Positions 9,969 through 20,800 of a stretch of 64,000 bases of DNA are shown here, piece by piece; the first letter of the stretch is position 1, and every line of letters begins with the position of its first letter. A program made the translations under genes and the position numbers. The stretch is taken from NCBI GenBank assembly GCA_000146465.1, contig CP001947.1. One strand, 5' to 3'. The notes under the pieces were generated by a model. The model saw only the letters and a list, made by a program, of their open reading frames with translations. It was not told where the DNA came from and searched no databases.

Positions 9969-11633
9969 TTATTCAACTTTGATCACAATACTCTTTTCTG
10001 CATTTCTATTCAGATACTCTCCACACCCCACAAATACCTTACATTCACATGCCTTCTTTAGCTCTCCAGAGTCAATGCTGAATCTAACCTTAGCCTTTTT
10101 CGAAAAGTCGTCTATAATCTGTATCTTCCCATAGATAACATTGTCTATGGTCAACATCACAATCCACTTGACAAAAAAGGATTCCTTCATGAAAGGTGCA
10201 TGCACTATAACTTCTCCTTTCTTTTCATCAAGATAGCACTCTCGCTCAAGGGTCACGTTGATTGTTGCAATGCTACCCCCGGGAATCACATACACCGCTT
10301 GCTCAGACCTCCCGTTCCGTACCCCTTCCTCCCCTTCATTCCGGGTAACAAGATTTTCTGTCTCAGACTCAGAGACATCACTAATGTCCTTGACAACCCC
10401 TGTCTCAATCACAGATGCACTGAACTCACTTATCTTAATTACAGGAATGCTTCTGTATACATTCATTCCAGACTCTAGATTGCTTCCTGAGAAGAAAGCC
10501 CTTAGACACTCCTCCTCAGACATCTTCTCCTTCCTATTCTCCTGGATAAATAAGTCTTCAAACCTCACAAAGGGAATCTCCAGCATCCAATACTTCGGAT
10601 CAAATACCGCCTGGATAATCATCGACTCAAGAACCACAAGGCTCTTCACAACATTTCCGTATCTCTTTGCAATTCCAATCGCCTTCATCCCCTCTATCAG
10701 CCGAAGAGATGCTTTTTGCACATACTCCACATCGCTCTTTGCCGCCTGTCCAGTCCTAAACAAATGATCCATCAACACAAGATATCCCTTCCCCTCCTTT
10801 CCACAGTCTCGTAGTGGATATCCAAATCCGCTTTCAATCCGTCCCCGAAGACCCTCTACATTGCTCTTCCATCCATACTCCATAAACTCAACCGACCTCG
10901 TCATAAGGGCCATCAGCTTTTCCACCACGTCATGGTTGTACTTTCCCTGGTTCATCCTGTCATCGATCTTCTCATAAAACATCTCCATCGTTCGGAAGTT
11001 CACTCCCACCCTGTTAAGGTCACGAATTTCCTTCCACTTCCTGTATGCCCACCGGGGAAGCAGTACCCCCAAAAGTAGAGAGTACAACACAAATGCGTAA
11101 ATCCCCTGGCTAACAATCATCTTAGGAATCGCTACAATCTCCCCAGTCTTCGACTCCCTGTTCAGCCACGTCTCGTATTTTTTCTTGTTGCTCACAAGCC
11201 CATACGCCCTGTTGATCATCTTCTGCTTTTCTTCATACTCTTTCCGAAGCTCCTCCGGTGCCTTTCCAAGGTTGTATTTCATCAAGAGCATTCTCAACCT
11301 CTTCTTAATCTCCTTCTCTCCCGCATCCTCGTCTATCCCAAGCACCTCCAAAGGGTTAAATCCCTTCTTGTACTCAATCTTCAAAGTTCGGATATTCCCA
11401 ACCAAATACGATATAACAATCCATATAATAATTGTAAATACCTTCCTCTTAGTCTTCCTCTTCACATTCTTGTTTTTACATCCAGGGCAAAAGCACCGTA
11501 CCCTTCGGATCGGCGTACTATCAACCAAGTCGTATGTCATATACAAAGCCACAGGAACCAGCATCGATAGCAACAAATAGCTCGAGGCAAGCCCCGACTC
11601 ATCATACTCGTAGTCATATGCCATCAAGGGCAT
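9969..11633 (-). CDS. SEC63: Sec63-like ER translocation protein: three TM segments, a degenerate J domain, and a Sec63/Brl domain
   Basis: 554 aa. Two N-terminal TM helices, a lumenal J-like segment (NPLEVLGIDEDAGEKEIKKRLRMLLMKYN, no HPD), a third TM, then a long cytosolic domain, matching Sec63 topology. Confidence 0.5.
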   Translation of the reverse strand: MPLMAYDYEYDESGLASSYLLLSMLVPVALYMTYDLVDSTPIRRVRCFCPGCKNKNVKRKTKRKVFTIIIWIVISYLVGNIRTLKIEYKKGFNPLEVLGIDEDAGEKEIKKRLRMLLMKYNLGKAPEELRKEYEEKQKMINRAYGLVSNKKKYETWLNRESKTGEIVAIPKMIVSQGIYAFVLYSLLLGVLLPRWAYRKWKEIRDLNRVGVNFRTMEMFYEKIDDRMNQGKYNHDVVEKLMALMTRSVEFMEYGWKSNVEGLRGRIESGFGYPLRDCGKEGKGYLVLMDHLFRTGQAAKSDVEYVQKASLRLIEGMKAIGIAKRYGNVVKSLVVLESMIIQAVFDPKYWMLEIPFVRFEDLFIQENRKEKMSEEECLRAFFSGSNLESGMNVYRSIPVIKISEFSASVIETGVVKDISDVSESETENLVTRNEGEEGVRNGRSEQAVYVIPGGSIATINVTLERECYLDEKKGEVIVHAPFMKESFFVKWIVMLTIDNVIYGKIQIIDDFSKKAKVRFSIDSGELKKACECKVFVGCGEYLNRNAEKSIVIKVE

Positions 11634-11691
11634 TTGTTGATTTCCAAAAAAACAAAAATTTAATCTCTATTCATCCAGGGTCTCCATCCCC

Positions 11692-13815
11692 TCAGGGAAG
11701 GTACTCCAGATAGCCTTCATCAGCTCTACAATACTCCTTCTCAATCAGCTTCCCAATGGCCTTCATCACAGTCTTCTCGTCGTTCCCAGACTCCTCCTCG
11801 ATAATTTTGACCATCCCAGGAACTTCAATTCTCTTTCTTCTCTTCAATATTCTCATGATCCTAGCCTCCAAAACCGCATCAAAAGCCCCCACCGTTTCCA
11901 TCTCTCTCTTGGTTGTGGCTTCCCCAAACTCAATTTCAAACAGATCCACAATCTCACAGCCTTCTTCTCCCTCCATGTCTTCTCCATTTCTATCCAAGGT
12001 CAGATTCCACTCAGAGTCCATAAGACACACCCGGTCCTTGTATTTCTTTCTAATATAGCTGTACTCCTTGAGGGAAAACATCCTGTTCAGTGACAAAACC
12101 CCGTCCTTGCACCCAACAAATCCGTTCGATAGAAGATACTCAAGGTTTCCCTCAAATCCAGAACCTCCGACACATCTTCCAGCATCACTCATCTCTCTAT
12201 CAACATCCAACCACAGCATTATCAGAACCTTGTCCATGCTCATCCGGAAGTAGAACCCGTTGATCGAAAATATCATCCATGATAGATTATGGCAGCACTC
12301 CAATTCTCCCCGCGGATATTTCATCATCTTTGGCCGCGACACAATTCCCCAAATGTCCTTCAGGGGCTGGGGGAGATTCTCTCCACTTGCCCTCAGGTCG
12401 TAGAACCCCTTTGTCAGAAACCTTGTCTCTGTAATCAGTTCTATGTCTTGCCCTGCGATGCAGAAATCGTTTCGGTCGTAGTTCACCTGATTTTCATACA
12501 TTATGCTCATACTTCTGTTAATACTAGTCCCTATATATCTCTCCATCAATGAAACCAACATCCCTTCTCTTTTTTGTGACCCTCTCCATCCCAACATTCT
12601 CCTTCTTGCATCTTCTGTTATCTTTCCAACAATCCCTTCCTTGTTTGACATAAGGCTTGCAAACACAACAAGAACCTCTATCTCTCCTTCCGTCTCCTCT
12701 CCATTCCTTACTGCCCTGTCAATGTGCTTGTGAATCTCATCCTCAAACCCAAGTCTGCCCGAAATGTGAAGGTACTTCCTTATCTCCTCGTTGAGATGCA
12801 GAATCAGTTCCTCCTCATTCATAAGATTCTCCTTCATCTGCTTGCGGATCCGAAGATACTCCGTCTTCAGATCCCCCAGACTCTCAGTCCCAAGTATCTT
12901 CCTTCTCATAACTTCCTTGTACTTTTCCGCAACCCTTGCCATATACTCAGGTTCCATGAAGTGGATGATCTTTACATACAGCTTAAACTTCTCAAACTTC
13001 TCCATCCTCTGCACAACCACCTTCAAAACATCGTCAAACCTGTCCTGCACCCTACATGCAATCCCCTTGTACAGCTTGTTGTTATCTGGATCAAAAACCT
13101 TTGAAGCAATGTATATCTCCAGATACACCCTTTTTAGAACCTTGTTGATCTCTCCGTCGAAGTCCATCGATGCATGGAATCCCTCGAGGTATTTCCGCAT
13201 CATGTCCTCATACTCCAAGGATTCGTCACAGAAAAACAACATTCTCTTGAGAAGCCGGACTGTCTCCGCTAGCCGCAGGAAGTTGTAATCCTTGCATCCC
13301 CGTGAAACCCCAATCTCAAAGAACACTATGTCCTTGGCTTGTCCCACCACTCTTTCCATGTATCTTCTGTAGAAGACCGTATTCCCAAGTGTCCGGATGT
13401 CCTGGATGTGTCCATCCCTTCTCTCCAGGCTGATCCGGATAAAGTATCTTTCCAAGTACGAGTAAGCCTTGGCCACCAGATCCAAGGCATTGGAGAACTC
13501 CAGCAGCTGGCTGTGCAGGGTCTTCAGAGATGTAAAACACCTCAGCCCATCCACATACGCCAGAAGCGTCTTCTTCAAGCACTCATAAACTTTTGCTCCT
13601 CTTGTCTCAAATATCGGAGTCGCCTCTGTGCAGTGACTGTATATGGTGTCGTATACTTCCATAAAGTCCTTCGAGGAAGATGCCTTATGGTTACAAAGAA
13701 GAGACATGGTTAAATCCTCCAGCCTCTCCAACTCCTGTATACCCATTCGTGGGTATGTCCAATAAACATAAATGCTTCCTCGGACATCGAATCGAGCCGC
13801 AGGAACAAACGGCAT
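11692..13815 (-). CDS. Cullin-family scaffold protein
   Basis: 707 aa. C-terminal cullin neddylation/winged-helix signature ARIMRILKRRKRIE...IGKLIEKEYCRADEGYLEYLP. Confidence 0.7.
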   Translation of the reverse strand: MPFVPAARFDVRGSIYVYWTYPRMGIQELERLEDLTMSLLCNHKASSSKDFMEVYDTIYSHCTEATPIFETRGAKVYECLKKTLLAYVDGLRCFTSLKTLHSQLLEFSNALDLVAKAYSYLERYFIRISLERRDGHIQDIRTLGNTVFYRRYMERVVGQAKDIVFFEIGVSRGCKDYNFLRLAETVRLLKRMLFFCDESLEYEDMMRKYLEGFHASMDFDGEINKVLKRVYLEIYIASKVFDPDNNKLYKGIACRVQDRFDDVLKVVVQRMEKFEKFKLYVKIIHFMEPEYMARVAEKYKEVMRRKILGTESLGDLKTEYLRIRKQMKENLMNEEELILHLNEEIRKYLHISGRLGFEDEIHKHIDRAVRNGEETEGEIEVLVVFASLMSNKEGIVGKITEDARRRMLGWRGSQKREGMLVSLMERYIGTSINRSMSIMYENQVNYDRNDFCIAGQDIELITETRFLTKGFYDLRASGENLPQPLKDIWGIVSRPKMMKYPRGELECCHNLSWMIFSINGFYFRMSMDKVLIMLWLDVDREMSDAGRCVGGSGFEGNLEYLLSNGFVGCKDGVLSLNRMFSLKEYSYIRKKYKDRVCLMDSEWNLTLDRNGEDMEGEEGCEIVDLFEIEFGEATTKREMETVGAFDAVLEARIMRILKRRKRIEVPGMVKIIEEESGNDEKTVMKAIGKLIEKEYCRADEGYLEYLP

Positions 13816-13843
13816 TCGGGAGACTCTTGGCCCAAAACAATCA

Positions 13844-14425
13844 TTATATCGAGTTTATTCTTTCTCTTATCATGTCCTCAAGATCACAAGGCTGGAGTAC
13901 ATTGAACATCTTCATCTTGGACAAGGCAAATATTGTATGGAGGTCGTTGTATTCGTTTAAAAAGTATGATAGCACCCCCTCTCGGCTTTCGCCTCTTCTG
14001 TTCTGCTTGATCACCAAAGAGCTTTCCAAATGGAGATAATGGAACTTCACATTGAACAAGACCAGCCGAAGAAATGCTGTGGCCTCTTCATCCTCGCCCA
14101 AAGACCCGATGGCCCTACAGATGTACTTCCCCAGGCTCTTCCATTTATAAATCATGTCGACTACCTTGCACTTTCCACTTTCCTCTGTGTATCCCTTTAT
14201 ATACATCATGATTGCCTCCATAAGCATCTTTATTCCCTCTTTCCTAGACTCCCCCATCATTGCATCTGCCTTGGCTCTCAAATCCTTTGCCTTTTGAAGA
14301 AGCAGACTTGTATCTGGGGCCTGGGGTTTCTGGAATGTTCCATATCCAAGCTTGTCGATTTCTGGGTTGCGGAAGATTTTTGACTCGACCAGCTTCTTTA
14401 TCCTGGAGGATATAGAGCTGTCCAT
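13844..14425 (-). CDS. Hypothetical protein
   Basis: 194-aa ORF. The track starts at TTG 14428; first ATG is at 14425. No recognised domain. Confidence 0.35.
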   Translation of the reverse strand: MDSSISSRIKKLVESKIFRNPEIDKLGYGTFQKPQAPDTSLLLQKAKDLRAKADAMMGESRKEGIKMLMEAIMMYIKGYTEESGKCKVVDMIYKWKSLGKYICRAIGSLGEDEEATAFLRLVLFNVKFHYLHLESSLVIKQNRRGESREGVLSYFLNEYNDLHTIFALSKMKMFNVLQPCDLEDMIRERINSI

Positions 14426-14501
14426 CAAGGGATGAAAATGGTGCTGAATAGTGGCTACCCCAGGGCGAGGAGGAAAGGCCCTGGAGGCCGAAGGATATCT
14501 T

Positions 14502-14524
14502 GAAAAATTTGCAGCCCCAGGAAA
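14502..14524 (+). promoter_or_regulatory. AAATTT-like plus CCC-like upstream motif of RPL5 (GAAAAATTTGCAGCCCCAGGAAA directly before ATG)
   Basis: Read in sequence. The same module occurs upstream of RPL19, RPL14, RPS18 and RPL36 in this window. Matches the transcription signals described for microsporidian highly expressed genes. Confidence 0.5.
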
Positions 14525-15413
14525 ATGGTAAGTGGCACATGGTAATTTTAAGAGTAATGCAAAGGGGACCAGGAACTACCACAAGAACTTCCAGGTGAAG
14601 AGAAGAAGAAGACGAGAGGGCAAGACCGACTACAAGCACAGAACCAATATGATTCGACAGGATTCCAACTCATACGGGTCTGTGAAGCACAGGCTGGTTG
14701 TCCGGATTACAAAGAGCCGGGTGATTTGCCAGATCACAGGAGCCTACATGGATGGAGACCGAGTGATGGTGTATGCAGACTCGTCTGAGCTGAAGAAGTA
14801 TGGAATCAACTTTGGGCTTACAAACTACTCTGCAGCATATGCAACTGGATTCCTGATTGGAAGAAGGGCACTGACAGCATTGTCTCTGGATGGAGTATAT
14901 GGGCCCAAGGAGATTGACGGGACATACAGTATTACGGAGGATGTTGATGGAGAGAGAAAGGCGCCCAAGGTGTTCCTCGACATTGGACTTGCAAGGTCCA
15001 CAAAGGGAGCAAAGGTGTTTGGAGCAATGAAGGGAGCATCTGATGCAGGACTGAACATCCCACACAGCGAGGTGAAGTTCTATGGGTACCAAGAGGATGG
15101 GAGCTTTGATGCAAAGGAGCTGCACGACAGGATTTTTGGATACAACGTCTCTGAGTACATGCAGAAGTTGCGGGACAGTGATGAAGAGAAGTACAAGACC
15201 CAGTTTTCAGACTATATCAAGAAAGGCATCTCGGCCGAGGACATTCCACAGATCTACAAGAGTGCTCTGGACAAGATTGCATCAGACCCATCGAAGGAAG
15301 CAAGGGAAGTGAAGGACTACTCTTCGCTTAAGAAGTACCGGCCGGTTCGACTTACATATGAGGAGCGCAAGGAGAGGATACAGGCCAAGCTTTCCACGAT
15401 TGAGAGCGAATAA
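14525..15413 (+). CDS. RPL5: 60S ribosomal protein L5 (uL18); exon 1 is ATG 14525-14527, a 25-nt intron spans 14528-14552, and exon 2 is 14553-15413
   Basis: The ORF-track protein (from GTG 14532) is RPL5 ([15 protein letters not shown]...). In that frame a stop lies immediately upstream and there is no ATG. ATGGTAAGT at 14525 and TTTTAAG ending at 14552 restore the frame to give [28 protein letters not shown]. Confidence 0.85.
14528..14552 (+). other. Spliceosomal intron of RPL5, 25 nt: GTAAGTGGCACATGGTAATTTTAAG
   Basis: GTAAGT donor immediately after ATG, TAATTTT branch-like element, AG acceptor, frame preserved. Confidence 0.75.
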
Positions 15414-15511
15414 ATTCTTTTTATCTGAACTTTTGGCTTTACTAACTGGATGAGGTTAGTATCTGTAGAAGGGTGTTTGGTGAAAAGAGGGTGAGGAGAG
15501 GGGCATTGCTA

Positions 15512-15583
15512 GACGGTGTGGCGCAATGGTAGCGCGTCGGATTCCAGTCCCGAAGGTTCTAGGTTCAAATCCTAGCTCCGTCA
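15512..15583 (+). tRNA. tRNA-Trp (anticodon CCA), 72 nt
   Basis: Hand-folded cloverleaf. D-arm GCGC/AATGGTA/GCGC, anticodon loop TTCCAGT, T-arm CTAGG/TTCAAAT/CCTAG. Near-identical to eukaryotic tRNA-Trp. Mismatches at acceptor 6:67 (U.U) and anticodon stem 31:39 (A.C). Confidence 0.7.
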
Positions 15584-15673
15584 TTTCTTTTCTCTCGGGA
15601 AGTCTCGGAATGTCTTTTGTCCCAAAGGAAAATGGCCATTGAACCATAGTAAATCAAAACAAAACAATCCCCT

Positions 15674-17821
15674 ATGAAAGCCGAGGAATCTCGGGGCCAA
15701 AGCCCTGTCTCAGACCAAGGGTTATGGGAATATGCAGTTTCTTCCATCTTCACCGGAGCTCAAAGGAAGTTTAGAGAAGCATTGGTCATCCCAGGCCTTC
15801 GGCCTCCGGGACCTAGGATTCATTTTGTACCCAAGGATGTCTGGAAGGCCATAAAGGAGGATCTTTCCACGGAATGCAACCCTTGCTACGAGTATCGGGA
15901 AGAGCCTTGGAGAGCAGTTTTTGTTACGTTTGTGATAGATGAGCTTGTCCCTAACACCAATGCCCCAGAGACCGGAAGAAGCATGGTTGTCAAGGTTGGA
16001 TGGATACTTTCCATACTCCAGTCTCTTGTTAGCCTCAACGACTTTAGGTCTTACGAACGGCCTTGCCGTACAGGAGGAATGGGGAAGTCTAGAAAGATAG
16101 TAAATGTCCTCTCCAGTTCGACAGATAGAGTGTTTGATGTGGTGCTGGAAATAATGGGCTTCGAGGTTGGGCTGGACGAGTTTATGAGCCTGTACAGAAT
16201 TATGGCGCTGGACGGGAGGGTGATCCATCCCTTAGTGAAACTTGAAGGCTTTGGAGATGGAAGTGTACTCCGGATCTCAAGGATTGTAAGGATGCCTGAC
16301 GGAAGGGCTCTGTCTGCCGACAGCCACATGAAGAACATAGCCCGGGGACTTAAGAATCAAGGGAATACGTGTTTTATGAATAGCGGGCTTCAATGCCTGA
16401 CAAATTGCTGGAAGCTCACGGAGTATTTCATGAGCAAGGAGTATGAAAAACATTTGGACGAGACAAAGCCTATTCATGTATCTCTGGCCAATGCATACTA
16501 TGATCTTATCTCGGAGATGTACAATGGAGATCAACAGTCCATTGTGCCATCTGGGATCCGTGCAAGCCTGGGATCGGTTTATGAGGAATACAAGGGAAAT
16601 GAAGAGCAGGATGCAGCGGAATTTATCGGAAAGACACTAGACATGCTTCATGAGGGTCTTTCAAAGGGATATGGGGACAGCGAGAAGAAAGAAAGCTGGA
16701 AGCGGTCGATTGTCACCGACCTGTTTTTCTTCTCTCAGAAATCGACGTTGACATGCAAGGAGTGCGGAAGAAGCAAGACATCTGTCGAGCCCTCGATGTG
16801 TCTTTCTTTGCCTATTCCATACCAAAGGGAATACAAAGAGAACATTGTGTTGTTCTATGAGTCTGGCAGGAGACAGCCTTTAAGAACGTATGCAGACGTG
16901 TCTTCCAGCATTGGAGATCTTAAGAGGATACTGAGAGCAGACTATGATGTGGCTGGAAAGGTTACGTGCATATGGTATGGCGCAGGACGGAGGATGTTTG
17001 AACTTGGAGATGACGTTATTCTGAAGGATGTTCCGCAGACCTTGTTCTGCTACGAGTACTTTGAGGATAAGAAATACTGCTGGGTCCATCTGAAGACTAA
17101 GAAACTGTTTATAGACAGGTCATTTAAGTTCAACATATTGATCCGAGCCTTTGGAAGTAATGAATCGCTAATATTCTTGGAGATGAAGAAGACGATAGCC
17201 CATCTTGTTGAAAGGGAAGCACAGTGCATTCTGGAACGGGAGGACATTTCCCCATACTTCAAGCTAGAAATAGCGGCGTGGGATTATGGGGAGAAAACAA
17301 TCGACTCTCCTGTTGTGGTGGCGATAAGTAGATCCCACGGGGGGAAAAGGCTGTTTGGGGCTTCCTGGAACCCTCTGGACACGATTCGGGCGATAGATGC
17401 ACCATCCATTACCCTTCAACACTGCTTAGACAAGTTTCTGGAGAAGGAAGATCTTCATCCCTCGGAGCTCTTACATTGCGAGGGGTGTGGCAGAAAGAGA
17501 AGGTTCAGTAAGAAGATGGACTTGGAGTGTCTCCCTGTGTATCTGATAGTCCAGCTGAAGAGGTTCCAGTATGTCAACTCCTTTCCCGTAAAGATCTCAA
17601 CTCTGGTTGGATATTCCCTGGATAGATTTTCCATTTGTGGAACGGAATACAAAGTCATAGGAGTGTGCAACCATGACTCGGATACAGTCACATCTAGTGG
17701 ACATTATGTAAGCTATCTTCGAAAGGACGGATGGTACCTTTGCAACGACCAGAAGATTGAGAAGGTCTCGAAAATAGACCAGGAATACACATATGTTCTC
17801 TTTCTTGAAAGATGTGTCTAG
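15674..17821 (+). CDS. Ubiquitin carboxyl-terminal hydrolase, USP/UBP family
   Basis: 715 aa. Cys box GLKNQGNTCFMNSGLQCL and His box GHYVSYLRKDGWYLCNDQKI. Confidence 0.8.
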   Translation: MKAEESRGQSPVSDQGLWEYAVSSIFTGAQRKFREALVIPGLRPPGPRIHFVPKDVWKAIKEDLSTECNPCYEYREEPWRAVFVTFVIDELVPNTNAPETGRSMVVKVGWILSILQSLVSLNDFRSYERPCRTGGMGKSRKIVNVLSSSTDRVFDVVLEIMGFEVGLDEFMSLYRIMALDGRVIHPLVKLEGFGDGSVLRISRIVRMPDGRALSADSHMKNIARGLKNQGNTCFMNSGLQCLTNCWKLTEYFMSKEYEKHLDETKPIHVSLANAYYDLISEMYNGDQQSIVPSGIRASLGSVYEEYKGNEEQDAAEFIGKTLDMLHEGLSKGYGDSEKKESWKRSIVTDLFFFSQKSTLTCKECGRSKTSVEPSMCLSLPIPYQREYKENIVLFYESGRRQPLRTYADVSSSIGDLKRILRADYDVAGKVTCIWYGAGRRMFELGDDVILKDVPQTLFCYEYFEDKKYCWVHLKTKKLFIDRSFKFNILIRAFGSNESLIFLEMKKTIAHLVEREAQCILEREDISPYFKLEIAAWDYGEKTIDSPVVVAISRSHGGKRLFGASWNPLDTIRAIDAPSITLQHCLDKFLEKEDLHPSELLHCEGCGRKRRFSKKMDLECLPVYLIVQLKRFQYVNSFPVKISTLVGYSLDRFSICGTEYKVIGVCNHDSDTVTSSGHYVSYLRKDGWYLCNDQKIEKVSKIDQEYTYVLFLERCV

Positions 17822-17876
17822 AATAATAAATGGTTGTATTTAGCTGTTGAAGCCTAGGATTGGTTTTGGTAAAAAG

Positions 17877-20800
17877 ATGGGGAAGGCAGTCCCCATGGGA
17901 TTTGAGTCCACGGGGGACCTTGGATATACTGACTATTTTGAGCGGTTAGGAACGGTTGTTGGGAGAAGTGACGAGTTAGTGGTAAGGAGGGTGATGGAGG
18001 TGCTGTGTGGAGATGTAAGCTGTAAGCAGGAGATTGTTGAGGAGGTTATTGGAAAAAGCTTAGCGAGGGAAGACTTTGAAGAGATGGTGAAGCTAACAGA
18101 AAGATTCCTCAACAGAGATACAAAGAAGATTGACTTTGAAGATGTTGAGCTATTTGATGTTTTATTTACTCTTCGAGAGAAGAAGAGGCTCCTTGAGATT
18201 ATAAGGAAAAGCACGGATCTTGAAAAGGATCTCCTTAGGGCTCTTGGGGGCCGGAAGATGTATTTTATGAGATACATACTCGACAACAAAAAGATGTTTG
18301 AACATTTTCTTGGCTATCAACTGTTTCCAGATACAAGAAGGGAGATACAGAAACTGATGAGGAGCGAAGGAGGTCCTCCAGCCTTTATCAAGTACATAGA
18401 CAGCGATGTACTGAGTCTTATGAAGGGGAGCAAGGTGATTGATTTGGAAAAGACATCAGATGCCAGCGGTACACATATGATAAGAGGGGAGTATCCTACA
18501 GGATCAAGTGTAAGGTACGAAGATGGAGCCAAGATTGTTTTTGTTCCAGGGCAAAAGGTGGATGTTGAGTTTGACGGAGAGCCTCCGGAAAATGTAAAGA
18601 GGCTCTTTGGAAGGAACTTTGTGTTCAACTATGTCCAAAGTGTAGTCCAGAGCTCTGTGCTGAAAGGAGATGGGAATGTTCTTGTGTGTGCACCTACGGG
18701 GAGTGGAAAGACAGTTATAGGAATGATGTGTATTCTCAAGGAGATTGAAGCAAGAAAGAAGGTGCGGGTTGGATACATTGCTCCCATGAAAGCACTGGCA
18801 AGGGAGATATGCAAGACCATTGGAAAAGTGTTTTCAAAACATGAGGTTTCTGTTGTAGAACACACTTCGGATATCTACTCTGGATATAGGCGTCTTGAGC
18901 AGGCAGGGGTGATAGTATCCACACCGGAGAAGTTTGATATTTTGACAAGAAACACGGACCTCCGCTTCGACCTGGTGATTATTGACGAGATCCACATTAT
19001 TGGGGATTCAAGGGGTGCGACAATAGAAGCCATTGTGGCAAGAATGGCCATGCAAAAGAAATGCAGGATTGTTGGGCTCAGTGCAACTCTTCCTAATTAC
19101 ATGGATGTCGGGACATTTATTGGATGCAGGGATTCGGACATATTCCACTTTGGGCCAGAATTTCGAAAAAACGCAATAGACTACGAATTGATAAACGTTG
19201 GAATGAAGGAAAGGGAAATGGGAGTGGTAATAGAAAAGACGTTGGAGAATCTGGAGTTAGATAAGCCGGTGATTGTGTTTGTACACTCCAGGAGCGAAAC
19301 TCTTGAGGTTGCAAGTGAAATAAGAAGGTATATGGAAAAGACTAGTGATTTGGAAGTGGATGTGAGTGCAGGAGTCCGAGAGCTTCTGAAGTACAGAGTC
19401 GGAATTCATCATGCTGGACTGGACAAGAAGACAAGACAAACAGTTGAAAATCTGTATCGAGATGGAAAAATAGATGTGATGGTGTGCACAGCTACGCTTG
19501 CATGGGGAGTGAATCTCCCTGGAAAGACTGTGATAGTTAAGGGGACCGAAGTGTATGATACTTCTTGCGGATGGAAGGCTATAAAGCAGATCGAGATGCT
19601 CCAGATGTTTGGAAGAGCCGGAAGGTTTGGCGATGGCCGGTGCAAAGGAATACTGGTATCGAGCAAAGACAACGAATTTCTTATTCAACGGAGTATAGAT
19701 TCTAGACTACTTCCTGGATTGTGTGATTGCCTCAATGCAGAGATAGTAAGAGGAATGAGGAGATTTGAGGAGATGGTGGACTGGTTCAAGCATACCTTTT
19801 ACTATACAAGACTGGTGAAAATGAATAGGGAGCCTGGGAAGATGGTTAAAAGCCTTGTGTATAGTGCTCTGAAGCTTTTGGAAGGAGCAGGACTCATTGT
19901 GCTGGAACCCGATATACACCCCACAGCTGTTGGAGAAGTAGCATCTAGATATTACATCTACTATAAGGATGCAAAGAGGCTGTTTGATGGCCTTTCTCAA
20001 AACATGTTGGAATCGTCTTTACTGCAAATCCTAGAGGGAACAAGGGAATTCTCTGATCTAAATGGTAACGAGAAGGAGATGGAGTCCCTCAAGGATCTTG
20101 TGCCTATCCCCACTGAATCCATATTTGGGCTACAGGTACAGTGTTATATAGCCAACCGAATGAACTCAGCACCTCTCTCTCAGAATCTCTGCAGGGTGTT
20201 CAGGGCGCTGTTTGAGATTGGAATGAGAAAGAAGCTTGGGATCGCAAAGACAATACTGGGGTGGTGTAAAGCAGCAGAGCATAGGATATTTCCGTACCAG
20301 ACACCTTTGAGGCATTTTACAGACGATGTGGAAGTCCTGAGGAGTCTGGAGATGAAGGAAATTCCTTTTAAGGTGTTGGAGGTACTGGGCAAGGATGGGC
20401 TAGATGAGATAGGAATTGGAGGGAGCATCATAGTTGAAGCCCTAAAATATGTTCCCAAATTCAATATCTCTCCGAGTATTCGAGTTGCAGCACCTGGAAA
20501 CTATGTCATAAGCATTGGAATCGAAAAAACGTTCTGCGACAGCAAGATCGAAAGTAATATGTACCATCTTTTCATAACCGATTCAAAAGAGTCGAGTCTG
20601 GTTGTGTGTGACACAGTAATATTCCAAAAGGAGTGTGAGTATGTATGCCAGAATTATGGGGTATGCACAGACTCTCCATTTCTGAACATCTACCTTCTCT
20701 CTAGTCATTATCTGTGTCCCATACATCCTGTAACATTAGATCTGAGGAGTAGTATGGAATCTTCTCCTTCGGTATTTAGTAGAGTGTGGAGGTCTTTTAT

